A DNA stretch of 64,000 bases, from NCBI GenBank assembly GCA_963695345.1, contig OY968769.1:704001-768000 (forward strand), in the 5' to 3' direction. This stretch comes from an uncultured Methanomassiliicoccales archaeon. Its GTDB lineage: Archaea; Thermoplasmatota; Thermoplasmata; Methanomassiliicoccales; UBA472. Shown here piece after piece: positions 20,328 through 32,700 of this stretch. The stretch's first letter is position 1; every line of letters begins with the position of its first letter. Made by a program: the position numbers and the translations under genes. The notes under the pieces were generated by a model. It was not told the DNA's origin. It made no database searches and saw nothing but the letters and a program-made list of their open reading frames with translations.

Positions 20328-21053
20328 ATGCAGGGTGACGATATAAGGGAACAGATCGAGGCGCTCCGCCAAGAGGTCCGCGGATTGAGCACGTCCATCC
20401 TCAACCTCCGTCAGGATGACATGCGCAAGGTCTTCGGAGACCAGATAAGACCGGTGCTTATGGAGCGGATCGAACGGCATTATCGGACCGATGATGGCGT
20501 TTCGACCGACGATGGCGGGACCAGCAAGGAAACGCTGTCCGACCTGGTGGACCGGACCATCTCCATCTTCCAGGGCGAGGGAAGGCGGAAGGCACTATCG
20601 TTCCTATCCGACCATGAAAGCGCCAACGATCTGTCCGGAGAAGATCCGGGAAAGGTATTCGAGGGACAATTGGTCACCCAGCTGAAGGAGTACTTGCTAA
20701 TGTCCGACCACGTCTTCAACCAGCAGGTGCCGGAAGTTCCCAGCCATTCCTCCAATAATGCTTTCGACCAGCGCCTGTCGCCGGAAGACGCGGAAAGGCT
20801 GATGGCACCACTGTCTAACTCCAGGAGGGTTCGGGTAATGCTGATCCTTTCCCGGGAGGCGAACAGCCTGGCAGAGCTCAGCAAGGAGCTGGACCTGAAA
20901 AAGGGACACCTGCAGTTCCATCTCAAGGCACTGATGGACGTGGACTATATCCGTTTCGACCGGAAGAGCCGGCTCTATTCCATCTCTTCCCGGGGGACCC
21001 GTGTGCTGGACGGAGTTACGAAGCTCATCGAGGACCTGTCCGGCGACCAGTGA
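20328..21053 (+). CDS. Transcription regulator with C-terminal ArsR-like winged HTH
   Basis: PLSNSRRVRVMLIL...SLAELSKELDLKKGHLQFHLKAL...YSISSRG; N-terminal coiled coil. Confidence 0.85.
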   Translation: MQGDDIREQIEALRQEVRGLSTSILNLRQDDMRKVFGDQIRPVLMERIERHYRTDDGVSTDDGGTSKETLSDLVDRTISIFQGEGRRKALSFLSDHESANDLSGEDPGKVFEGQLVTQLKEYLLMSDHVFNQQVPEVPSHSSNNAFDQRLSPEDAERLMAPLSNSRRVRVMLILSREANSLAELSKELDLKKGHLQFHLKALMDVDYIRFDRKSRLYSISSRGTRVLDGVTKLIEDLSGDQ

Positions 21054-21183
21054 CAGCCAACATGATCCCAATTTTGGAAATCTTGGTGGGTACTGGTCGG
21101 TGAAGGTTAAAGGAAAAACCTCGCTAGGCGACCGGGGCCGATTAGGAGGGATGAAGAATATTGGAAAGGGTTTTGGGCATTAG

Positions 21184-21408
21184 TCACTTCAGGGCGAGCA
21201 GGCTTCTCTTGACCCTGTCGGCGGTCGCCTCGTCGATCATCAGCTTGACGCCGGTGTAAGACCACTTGGCTAATTCGTCCAGATCGTTCTTAGACAGGTC
21301 CGCCACCTCCTTCTTGAGGTGGGCGCTGACCTGACGCTTGAGGAACGACGGAGCTGCCGGACCCAGGTCCCTGGACAGGATCGAAAGCACATCGTCATTG
21401 ATGCTCAT
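21184..21408 (-). CDS. 74-aa soluble helical protein
   Basis: ATGA overlap with the upstream HAMP gene; LGPAAPSFLKRQ motif; host-like codon usage. Confidence 0.75.
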   Translation of the reverse strand: MSINDDVLSILSRDLGPAAPSFLKRQVSAHLKKEVADLSKNDLDELAKWSYTGVKLMIDEATADRVKRSLLALK

Positions 21409-22223
21409 TTCGACCCCTCCATCGGCTCTTCCGCGCTCTCCTCCAGCGCTCTCATCACCTTGAAAGCGTTGATCATCCTCTGGAAGGAGGTGGCCAGATC
21501 CTGAATCTCGTCCTTGGTGTTGACCGTTACCTTGTGGTCCAGGTTGCCCAGGCTGACATCGTCGGCCGCGCCGGTCAGGGAGACCAGCGGTCTGGTGATC
21601 CTTACCGAGGTCCAGATGGCCAGTGCTAGGGATACGGTTATGGCCAAACCTACCAGCATCAATACCGAGTTGGTGGTCGCGGTGGATACCTTCCCGGCGT
21701 TGTCGAGGGCGATCTGAACGTTCTGGTTGGAGGTGGCGACGAGGCTGGATATCCTGAGGTTAAGCGCTTCCATCTGGGCGTTCAGCTTCGAGGTTGCCTG
21801 GGTCAGCAGGGTCGCCTTGTTGTCTGCCTGACCGTTGTAGATGGCCAAGATGTCGGCCTTGTCCTGGAGGATGGTGGCCCCGATGACCTCGATCTCCTCG
21901 AGGTCCGAGACCAGAGCCGCATCGGTCGAGTTCGCAAGCAGGCCTGCCAGCGAGGTGGACATGCCATGAGTTCCGGCGTTCATCATCTGGTTGCCGATCT
22001 CAGTGCTTCCCTGTACGTACAGGGCGATGCCGTTCTGGAGCCCCCTGGCGGAGCTGAGATAGGTGTTGACGTCGACGCTTGTGGCAACCTGTGTCTTGAC
22101 GTTCTTGTCCTGTTCGTTCATCACTCCCAGCTGAGCGTTGATCATCAATGCCGAGCACAGGAATATGACGATTATCAGGGAGAACGATCCCATTAGCTTG
22201 TATAGTATTTTCATTGATTTCAC
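21405..22223 (-). CDS. 2-TM receptor with extracellular helical bundle and terminal HAMP domain, no output domain
   Basis: MKILYKLMGSF TM1, helical ectodomain, TM2, ITRPLVSLTGAADDVSLGNLDHKVTVNTKDEIQDLATSFQRM, then stop about 20 aa later. Confidence 0.85.
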   Translation of the reverse strand: MKSMKILYKLMGSFSLIIVIFLCSALMINAQLGVMNEQDKNVKTQVATSVDVNTYLSSARGLQNGIALYVQGSTEIGNQMMNAGTHGMSTSLAGLLANSTDAALVSDLEEIEVIGATILQDKADILAIYNGQADNKATLLTQATSKLNAQMEALNLRISSLVATSNQNVQIALDNAGKVSTATTNSVLMLVGLAITVSLALAIWTSVRITRPLVSLTGAADDVSLGNLDHKVTVNTKDEIQDLATSFQRMINAFKVMRALEESAEEPMEGSK

Positions 22224-22224
22224 C

Positions 22225-23127
22225 TCAGATGAGCCTTACCAGACCGGTCGATTCCACGATATCCTGACCCTCCTGGCTCAGCATGAAGTTCATGAAGACC
22301 AGTGCCGCACCCACGGGGGCGTTGTCGGTGATCAGATAGAGCTTCCTGCCGAAAGCGTAGGAACCGTCCAGCACCGACGTCTGGGTGGGGGCGATGCCGT
22401 TGACGACCAAAGACTTGGCGACCGAGCCAACGTAACCGGAGGCGCTGTAGGCGATGCCCTCGGTGTCGTTGATGACCGTTCCGGTTATCAGTGCGGCGTT
22501 GTCGATCAGAACGGTGCCGTTCACGTTGTTGGAAGCACCGTCGTTGACGACCTTATTGAAGAAGGAACCGGTCCCGGTCTTGGCTTCCAGCGCGTAGACA
22601 TGGATCGCACCGGTCTTGCTTCCATTGGTTATCTGTGACCAGTCGGTGATCGTGCCGTCGAAGAATATGCCCTTAATCTGGGCCAGGGTCAGTTGTGCGA
22701 TCGGGTTGCTCGGATTGACGATGATGCATATCGAATCATAAGCTACGACCGTCAGGAATAGTGTCTTTCCATTCTGCGCCGCGCTCGCATACTGGTCGCC
22801 CGTTGGAACGGAGCTGGCCATGGCAACGTTAGCCCTTCCGGCGATCAGGTCGCTGATCCCATCCCGGGTGTTGCTGGTGGTCTCGGTCCCGTTCAGGGAA
22901 GTCGTGATGGTGGGATAATCTGCGTTGAACGGGCCCAACAGTTCTTTGACGGTCGGGAAGACCACGGCAGCTCCGGAGAACTTCAGGTCACCGCTGGTGG
23001 AAGCCTTGGTGGTGAGTTTCGCCTGAGAGACTACGACTCCAACCACCAACACGGCCGATAGCATTGCTAGGACGATTAGGATCGCAAGGATCGTCTTGCC
23101 ATTTTTCTTCGGATTATCAACCGACAT
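22225..23127 (-). CDS. PstS-like (PBP2) substrate-binding protein with altered phosphate-binding motifs
   Basis: N-terminal TM anchor; VAYDSICIIVNPSNPIAQLTLAQIKGIF..ITDWSQI, GSYAFGRKLYL, FMLSQEGQDIV match the PstS scaffold. Confidence 0.85.
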   Translation of the reverse strand: MSVDNPKKNGKTILAILIVLAMLSAVLVVGVVVSQAKLTTKASTSGDLKFSGAAVVFPTVKELLGPFNADYPTITTSLNGTETTSNTRDGISDLIAGRANVAMASSVPTGDQYASAAQNGKTLFLTVVAYDSICIIVNPSNPIAQLTLAQIKGIFFDGTITDWSQITNGSKTGAIHVYALEAKTGTGSFFNKVVNDGASNNVNGTVLIDNAALITGTVINDTEGIAYSASGYVGSVAKSLVVNGIAPTQTSVLDGSYAFGRKLYLITDNAPVGAALVFMNFMLSQEGQDIVESTGLVRLI

Positions 23128-23129
23128 AA

Positions 23130-23520
23130 TGTATCGAAAGCCGATACTAAGGTTAACGATATAAAACGAGATAATCCCAAAATCAATAATGTTAATAATT
23201 TTGGATAATAACATTAATGTATGATTATATTAATATCCGATTATCAGAATGTCATGATTGGCGAAACAAGATGCTGGCAACGAGATATTTGTCTAATCAT
23301 GTAACATTCATTGACATCCAAGACATCCGCAATCATCCAAGATTTTCCGTTCAAAAGTAATATTTTTGGCATACGATGCTTCGAAGAAAATCAGAAAAAT
23401 GAAATTAATATTGAGCGATTTTCAGACATTTCTCCGACCTTTTGTACTATTATTCATCGAAATATAATTCGTCATGTCAATCCGCCCTAGCCGAAAATAT
23501 TCATTTGTTCAATGCCGTTC
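23130..23520 (-). promoter_or_regulatory. AT-rich promoter region of the PstS-like operon
   Basis: Abrupt AT-rich tract with several TAAT/TAACATT/TGTCA-like repeats; exact sites not resolvable by eye. Confidence 0.35.
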
Positions 23521-23782
23521 ATAAAGCCCGATACTCTTAGGGGATCGTCCCGCGAACGCTCGCCCCTTCGCCGATGAGGGAGGGGGCGTGTCGACGGCAG
23601 GGAATATCAGGAACGTAGACTTGGTCATCGACCAAGAAGTGAAGATGGCTCACAGAAATTGGAGCCATGGTTGAGCAGGTTGCCGGCCCCTATAGTCGCC
23701 TCGGGCAATCAAGAGGGACCGGCGGTGCATCAATATCAGACGGCCGATGCCGAAAGAAGTGAGCATTGTGTCCGTTATCCTC

Positions 23783-26700
23783 TCACTTCCTCCTCATCCG
23801 GTCCACCTCGGTCTTGAAGGTCTGATCCTTCGCGGCGGTCACCGGGAATGTCCGGCTCTTCCGGCCTTTCTTCTCGACCGTCATCTGATGAACGTCCTCC
23901 GATACAAGGAACTCGAACTTACCCTCAACATCGGAGACCGTGCTCATGCCGTCCGCCAAGGTCACGGTGACCTCCTTGATCGGGTGGTCGTCCGGATCCA
24001 GGACCTGTCCGGTCATGGTGCCCTTCACTACGACGTAGAACATCCTCCTCCGGGCGATGGCCAGGAGCACAACCAGCAACGACGCTGCGACAGCACCGAG
24101 GATCCATCCCCAGATGGCCCAGCTGCTCTGACCGGAACCGGCTATCTCGATGGCGCCGAGGTCCATCTCTTCACCCGCGATGGCGGTGGCGTTGACATTG
24201 GCCAGCAGCTTGCCCTCCTTGGTGATGGTCAGGTTGTAGTCCCCGTCGTTAAGGTTGATGACGAAGTTCCCTTCCGCGTCACTGGTCACGTTCTTGCCCC
24301 CGGCGGATATGGTGGCGTTGGCGATCGGCTTTCCGTTGGCGTCCAGGATCTTGCCGTACACGGTACCGTTGGCGATGACCGTGAACGTCCACTGGGCACT
24401 GACCGGGTTCCCGGCCAGATCGTTGCCGCGCACCGAGACGGTGTAGGTATGGGAGTGGGCCAATGGCCGGGACGGCGTAAGCGTCAGGTTGGGACCGTCC
24501 CATGACATGGTCGCAAATATCCCGGGAGTATCCACAGTGACCGAGCTTTCGTTCATCTCCTCGCTGAAGAGCACACTGATGAGTGCATTGACCGGCACGT
24601 TCGTTCCCGTTGGCGAGGTGATCACCGCGGGAGCCACCGTGTCCACCAGGAACTCCAACGATGTGATCTCGGTGTTGCCCGCCTCATCGACCACCCTGAG
24701 CCCTATGACATGAGTTCCATCGGCCAAGGTGATCGTAAGGTTCGTCGTGGACACTTCGCTTTCGATCCAGGCCCCTCCATCCAGGCTTGTCCAGATTTGC
24801 TTGACCGGCGATCCGGTCCCGTTGATGTCCCATCCGATCTCCACGATGCTCTGGTTCAGCCTTTCCCCGCTGACCGGTGCCAGGATGGCCGCTATCGGCC
24901 GGACCGTGTCCAGGGTGAACCGGACGGATGCGGTGGCGCTGTTGTTGGCGCGATCGAACGCCTTCACCTCGAAGACGTGCTCGCCGTCGACCAGGCCGGC
25001 GAAGATGTTCCGGGCGGTGATGGCCGGAGGCGACCATATGCCGCCATCCATACGATACCGATAGCCCGCGATCCCGGAGGTCAGGTCGGTTCCGTTCCAG
25101 ACCATCTCCGATGCGTTGACGAACGCCAGATCCGAAGGTATGACAATGTGCACCGCCGGAGCGACCGTGTCCACCATGATGCTGATCGTGGCTATCATGG
25201 CGTTACCGGAGTTATCCCAGGCCCTGACATCTATCATGTGCGTACCTTCCGAAAGCTCTCCGAAGGTGCATCCGGTGTCACCGCAGGTCGACGACCACAT
25301 GCCCCCGTCGATGCGATACTGGAAGCCCAGCACTCCTGTGGTGGCATCGATGGCGTTCCATCTGACCGCCACGGTGGAGTGCTTGGTGATCCATCCGTCA
25401 TCCGGTGATGATATGACCAGGACCGGCGGGACCGTGTCCACGGTGAACGTGACGGATACCGTGGCCGTATTGTTGGCGTTGTCCATGGCCTTGACCTGGA
25501 CGGTATGGATCCCGTCATCAAGTCCGCTGAAGGTGCCGAGCACCGCCATCGACATCGGGGACCAGTCCCCGCCATCGATACAGTAGAGATATCCGGCGAT
25601 CCCGGTGGTTCCGTCGCTGCCCGTCCAATGGACGGTCATGGTGGTGGAGTTGGTGTTGACTTCGTTGTCCGGGGAGAGTATCTCGACGTGTGGTGAGACA
25701 GTGTCGACGGTCACGTTGACCGAGACCATTGCCGAGTTGCCGGCCCGGTCAGTCGCCATGACGTCCATCCTGTGCCTGCCGTCCGCCAATTCGCTGACCG
25801 TTATCCCGTTCGCCATCTCCATCGGTGCCCAAGCGCCTCCGTCCAGACGGAACGAGTAGTTGTGCACACCTGACGTAATATCGGTGGCTGTCCACGAGAT
25901 GCTGATCGACGTGATGTTGGTGTTGATGTCCCGGGACGGAGAGACGAACACCGGGATCGGCGCGACCGTGTCGACGGTGAAGGCGATCGAGGTGGTGGCG
26001 TTGTTCCCCGCCATATCGTACGCCCGAACCTCCACGGTGTAATTGCCATCCTCCAGATCAAGCATGACGTTCGTCTCGGAGGACAGGGAGGACCATTGGC
26101 CTCCGTTCACCCGGTATTGGTATCCCTGTATGCTGGTCGTGGCATCGGAACCGGTCCAGTTGACGTTGACGGTGGACGAGTTGCTGAATAGCCCGTTGAC
26201 CGGGGCGGTGATCTCCACCTCGGGAACGGTAGTGTCGACGGTGAATCCGACGCTGACGTTGGCGGTGTTGTTCGCCCAGTCGTAGATGCGGACCTCGACC
26301 GTGTTGACCCCCTCCGGAAGATCGAAGGTGTGACCGGTCTCCGTCGTCATCGACGACCACGTCCCTCCGTTCACCCGATACTGGTATGCCTGGACCCCGA
26401 CACCGATGTCATCGCCGGACCAGGTCACCGAGACCGATGGACTTTGAGAGTAGTGGCCTTCCGATGGCGCGATGATCTCGACCGTCGGTGCGGTGGTGTC
26501 CACGATGAAGCTGACGGAGACGACGATCTCGTTGCCGGCGAGGTCGATGGCCTTCACCTGGGCAGTGTGCGGACCGTCCGCCAGGCCGGTGATGTTCCGG
26601 AAGCTGGCCGACTGCATTTCCGACCAATCCCCGCCGTCGATGAGCACCTGGTACGAACCGATGGCGGATATCGCGTCGGTCCCCGACCAGGTCAGATTGA

Positions 26701-29700
26701 CCCAGCTGACGTTGAGGAAATAGCCTTCGACCGGGTTGATGATCGAGAGCATCGGCGCCTCCGTATCTATGGTGAAGTACACGACCGCCTGCTGCACGTT
26801 GCCGGCGAGGTCCCTCGCCTGGAGGACCACCGTCTGGTTGCCGGTGAACGTTACGTTGGCGAACAGGTCCGTTATGCCGGATACCCAGCTGCCCGAGCCC
26901 ACCCGGATCCGGTAATCGAACACCGAGGTCGTGGCATCGGAGCTGGTCCAGGTGATGCGCACCGTCGGGGTGTTCCAATAGGTACCGTTCGTTGGCGAGG
27001 TAATGGCCAGGACTGGCGGGACGGTATCGACGGTGAAGTTGACGCTCCTGACCGTGTAGTGCCCGGCCACATCGGTGGCCCGGACATTGACGGTGTGGGG
27101 TCCGTCGATCATGTTGTCGAAGGTTCCGTTCAGGTCCATGCTGAGCCCGGACCAGTCGCCGCCATCGATGCGGCACTGATACCCGGCGATACCGGATGTG
27201 GCGTCGCCGCCTTCCCATTCGACCTGCAGGGACGAGGAATTGATGATCGCCTCGTCGGCCGGATAGCCGATGGTCAGTTCCGGGGCGACGGTGTCGATGG
27301 TGAAACCTATGCTGGCATTGAACGTGTTGTTCGCCCAGTCATAGGCACGCACGACCAATATGTGATGCCCCTCGGGCAGGCCCGCGAATGTGTGGGTGAC
27401 CGTTCCGGAGAGCGGCGACCATCCTGCCCCATCCAACATGAACTGGGTTCCCTGGATTCCGGACATGACGTCGCCGGCGGTCCAGGATACCGTTGCCGAA
27501 TCGATGCTTATTAGCGATCCGTCGTTCGGAGCATCAATGGTCAGAGTCGGGTCGACCGTGTCCACCGTGAAGGTTACCGTCGATATTGACAACAGGTTCA
27601 CGTTGTCATAGGCACGGACCGTCACGGTGTGGAGACCCTCGACCAGATCCGTGAAGAGATGATCGCTGGTCGGGCTGACCCCGGACCATGCGCCGGAGTC
27701 CAGCCGGTAACTGTAACCGTGGACGCCGGACGTCGCATCTTCCGCATGCCAGTCGACATTGACATCGCTGCTGTTGAGGAGTATCCTGTCCAGTGGCAGA
27801 TCGAAGAATATGGTCGGTGCCACCGTGTCCAGGGTGAAATCCACGTAGGCCAGGGCCGAGTTACCGGCGATATCCCAGGCCAGGACGTCAACGCCATGCG
27901 TTCCGTCATCCAGTCCGATGAAGGTGTGGGCCACGTCCAGGGATGTCACGGACCATGCGCCGCCATCGACGCGGTACTGGTATCCGAGGATGCCGGAGGT
28001 GGCGTCGCTGCCGGACCAGGAGACATCCGTGTCATTGATGACCGCATGGTCGGCCGGGAGGTTGATCGAGACCGATGGTGCGATGGTGTCGACCATTAAC
28101 GATACCGAGGCGTACCTGAACGTTGCCGGCATTGTCCTGGGCGCCGACGGTGACGGTGTGGGATCCCTCACCTAGTCCAGGGAAGGTGTGGCTGGTGTCC
28201 GAGGTGAGATCGGACCATGCTCCGCTGTCCATCCTGTAGTAGTACCCGGCGATCTGGGACGTCACATCGTCCCCGGTCCAGGTTGCCGCGACCGAACTCT
28301 GGTTGAATATCTGGTCGATCGTCGGCGAGGTTATCGAGATAGACGGTTGCACCGTGTCCACCATGAAGGTGACCGACACGGTGGCGTTGTTGAGCACGTT
28401 GTCCATCGCGTACACGTCCAAGGTGTGCAGGCCTTCGCCCAGACCTGCGTAGATGTGCGAATCCGTCATCGACAGGACCGACCATTGGCCGCCGTCGATG
28501 CGGTAACCATAGCCGAGCAGGCCGGAGCTGCCATCGGTGGCGGACCATTCCGCGGTGATCGCTGCGACGGCATAGATGCCGTTGTCGGTCGGGTATGTTA
28601 TCTCCAAGGCGGGGGCGGTCAGATCGACCGTGAAGGTCACGCTGACGATGTGGGAGTTCATTGCCCGGTCGGTCACCATGATCGATACCGTGTGACTGCC
28701 TTCGCTCAATCCGGAGAAGAGCGCGGCTGATGGTCCATGCCGTTCGAAGTCCAACCAGCACCGTCCAGGGAGTAAGCGTATCCCAGGATGCCGGAGGTGG
28801 CGTCGGACCCGTTCCAGAAGACGGTGGCGGACGTACTGCCGGTGAACCATCCATCCGTCGGATGGCTGATGGCCAGAGCCGGTACGACCGTGTCGACGGT
28901 ACAGTGGAACAGTGCGATCTCCGAGTTGTTGGCGTTGTCGTATGCCTTGATGCTCACGGTGTGCGAGCCGTCGGTCAGACCGGCGAACTCGTGGGTCAGG
29001 TCGAGCGACAGCACCGACCACGCGCCGGTATCGATCTTGTACTGGTATCCCATGATGCCGGAGGTGGCGTCGCTGCCGGACCAGAACACCGAGACGGTGG
29101 TGGAGTTGGTGATGAGCCCTTCATTCGGCACAGTGATCGTTACAGTCGGCGAGACGGTATCGACGTTGAACGTCACCGACGTCTCGAAGTCGTTGCCGGC
29201 CAGGTCGATGGCACGGACGTCCACCGTGTGGTTCCCGTTCACTCCCGTGGTGAAGGTATATGTCAATGCACCGGAGGTGGCGGACCAGCTTTGCCCGTCG
29301 ATGCGGTACTGGTAGCCGAGGATGCCAGACCCGGAATCGCTTCCTTCCCAGTCGACACGGACGTCGAACGAGTCGGAATAGAACCCGGGGGCAGGTGCGG
29401 TGATGGTTACGGTCGGATCGATGGTGTCGACCCGGAAGGTGACCGACGCCGAGGCGTGGTTATGGGCGACATCGTACGCTTCCACGGTCACAGTGTGCAA
29501 CCCATCCGACAGCCCAGTGAACGTGTTCGTCCAGATCATGCTGACCGATGACCATTCTCCGGCGTCGATGCGGAACCGGAAGCCCTGCAATCCGGTGGTA
29601 AGGTCATCGCCCGTCCATTCCGTCGGCATCGAATCAGCGTTGGTGATCGCGTTGGCGTTCGGGACGGTGATCGATACCGATGGGGCGGTGACGTCGACCG

Positions 29701-32700
29701 TGAAGTTCAGCCAGGCATAAGCGGAATTGCCTACATTGTCATATGAACGGATGCCGACCAGGTGCACCCCGTCGCTCAGACCGGCGAACTCGTGACTCAG
29801 CGAGCCGGCCCTTACCGACCAGGCGAGGCCGTCGATGCTGTACTGGTAATCGAGAACACCGGACGCGCTGTCGGTGGCGGACCATGTCACGGTCATCGAT
29901 GATACGTTGGTGATCGCGTCATCCGCCGGGGATGATATCGTGATCGCTGGGGCGGTCAGGTCGACGGTGAAGGTCACGCTGACGGTATTGTAGTTCAGCG
30001 CGTAGTCCGTCACCAGGACGGTGACGGTGTGACTGCCTTCGCCCAACCCGGTGAAGGTGTGGCTCAGGCCCATCCCGGTGCCTGTCCAGGAGGCCCCGTC
30101 CAAGGAGTAAGCGTATCCCATTATGCCTGATGTCGCATCGCTTCCGTTCCAGAAGGCGGTGACCGCGGTGCTGCCGGTGAACCATCCTTCCGTCGGGTGG
30201 CTTATTGCCAGCGCCGGCACGACCGTGTCGACGATGCAATGGAACACGGCGGTCTCAGAGTTGTCAGTGTTGTCGAAGGCCTTGATGTAGACCGTATGCG
30301 GACCGTCGGCCAGACCGGTGAAGTCGTGGGTCAGGCCCAGGGACAGAGCGGAATAGGAACCGGTGTCTATCTTGTACTGGTATCCCTTGATGCCGGAGGT
30401 GGCGTCGCTGCCGGTCCAGAACACCGAGACGGTGGTGGAGTTGGTGTTGAGGCCTTCCATCGGTCCGGTGATCGTTAGGATCGGTGGGACAGTGTCGACG
30501 TTGAACGTCACCGACGTCTCGAAGTCGTTACCGGCCAGGTCGATGGCACGGACGTCCACCGTGTGGTTCCCGTTCACGACCGTGGTGAAGATGTACGTCA
30601 ATGCATCGGAGATCGAAGACCAGCCCTGCCCGTCGATACGATATTGGTATCCGAGGATGCCGGAGCCGGAATCGCTGCCTTCCCAGTCGACGCGGACGTC
30701 GAACGAGTCGGAATAGAACCCGGGGGCAGGTGCGGTGATGGTTACGGTCGGATCGATGGTGTCGACCCGGAACGTCACCGATGTCGTGGCGGTGTTGTCC
30801 ACCAGGTCGAACGCCTTCAGGTAGACGGTGTGGATGCCGTCGGCCAATGAGGCGAAGTCGTGGGTGACCGCACCGGTCATCGCAGACCAATCCTCGCCGT
30901 CCACATGATACTCGTATCCCTTGATGGCGGTGATGACGTCGTTTCCGTTCCAGCTGACCGTAACCGTCGAGGAGCTCGAGTTGTAATTGGCCTCGGGCGT
31001 GGTAATGGCGACGATCGGGTCGGACGTATCCAGGGTGAGGTTGACGGACGCGATGGCGAAGTTGTTGGACCGGTCGGTGGCCTTCACCTCGATGATGTGT
31101 CCGCCGTCGGTCTGGCCATTGAAGATGTGCGTCAGGCCCATCGCCGATGTCGACCATGAACCGCCGTCGATGCGGTACTGGTAGCCGGCGATGCCGGAGG
31201 TGGCGTCGGAACCGTTCCAGGTGACATCGATGGATGTGACCAGTGCGTCCTCCGACGGTATATTTATCGTTACTATGGGCGCAGTGACATCGACCACGAA
31301 TGTGACCGAGGCAACCCTCAGGTTATCCGCCAGGTCGAACGCCCGGACAAGGATCGTGTGCGACCCGTCGGCGACACCGTTGAACACGTGGGTGAGGTCC
31401 GTGGACCTGACCGACCACTCGCCGCCGTCGATGCTGCACTGGTAGCCTGAAACGGCGGTCGTCGCATCGGAGGCGGACCATGACGCGGTGACCGACGAGG
31501 AACCCAGGTAAGCCGCGCTTGCTGGCGCTGTGATGTCTAGCACAGGCGCTACATCGTCAATGGTGACGTTCACGCTCCGGAAAGCGGTCCTTCCGGCCAT
31601 ATCGATGGCCTTGACGTCGACGCGATGGGCGCCGTTGGACAGTCCGCTGAACGTGTGGCTCAAGCCACCTGCGGTGGCCGTGTACCCGCCGTTGTCGATC
31701 TGGTACTGGTAGCCGGCGATTCCGGAGGTGGCGTCGGATCCGTTCCAGTAGACGGTGACGGAGGTGGAGTTCGTCAGGTAGAGGTTCGCCGGGTTATCGA
31801 TGGACCAGCGTCGGGTTGACCGTATCCACCATGAACGAGACGGACCGGGTCTGGACGTTGTTCGCGTTATCGAAGCAGCGCACCTCCACGGTGTGTGTCC
31901 CTTCCGCCAGTCCGACGAAGGTGTTGCTGACGGTTTCATATGTTATCGAGGACCAAGCCTGACCGTCGATGCTGTAGGAGCAGCCCTGGATGCCGGAGTT
32001 GGCATCGCTGCGGGTCCAGGCGACGGTCATCGAATCGACGATCGAATACGTGCCGTTATCCGGGGCGGTGATCGACAGGGTCGGGGCGATCGTGTCCACG
32101 CGGAAAGTGACCGATGCCATGACATGGTTGTTCGCCACGTCGTAGGCTTCGACATAGACCGTGTGGGTCAGCTCCGCCAGCGAGGAGAAGGTGTTCTCTG
32201 TGATCATTTCGATCGACGACCAAGACCCGGAGTCTATCCTGTACCGGTAGCCCTGCAGGCCGGTGCCCAGGTCGCTGCCTGCCCAGCTGGTCAGGACCGC
32301 GCTGACGTTGAAGTTCTGGTCCGCGTTCGGTGCGGTGATCGTCAAGGACGGCGCGGTGACATCGACGGTGAAGTTGACCGACCGGACCTCCGAGTTGCCG
32401 ACGTTGTCGGTCGCTCTGACGTCCACCCTGTGGTTTCCGTCAGATAGGCCGCCGAAGGCATGGCTCAGTGATCCAGACAGCGCGGACCATCCCAGTCCGT
32501 CGACGCGGTACTCGTAGCCATTCACGCCGGAGCTCAGGTCCGTCGCAGGACCAGCTGACCGTGACCGTGGAGCTGTTGAAGATCGCGCCTTCGGTCGGCG
32601 AGCCGATGACCAGCGCCGGAGCGGTCAGGTCGACATGGACGGTGACGCTGACCACGCGGTGGTTCTGGGCGTTGTCGGTGGCCCTGACGCTGAAGATGTG

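Noticed and set aside
22225-23127. Canonical pstS / phosphate ABC operon with pho boxes
   Set aside because: No permease or ATPase genes, binding motifs are substituted, and the upstream TGTCA-like repeats lack convincing 11-bp periodicity
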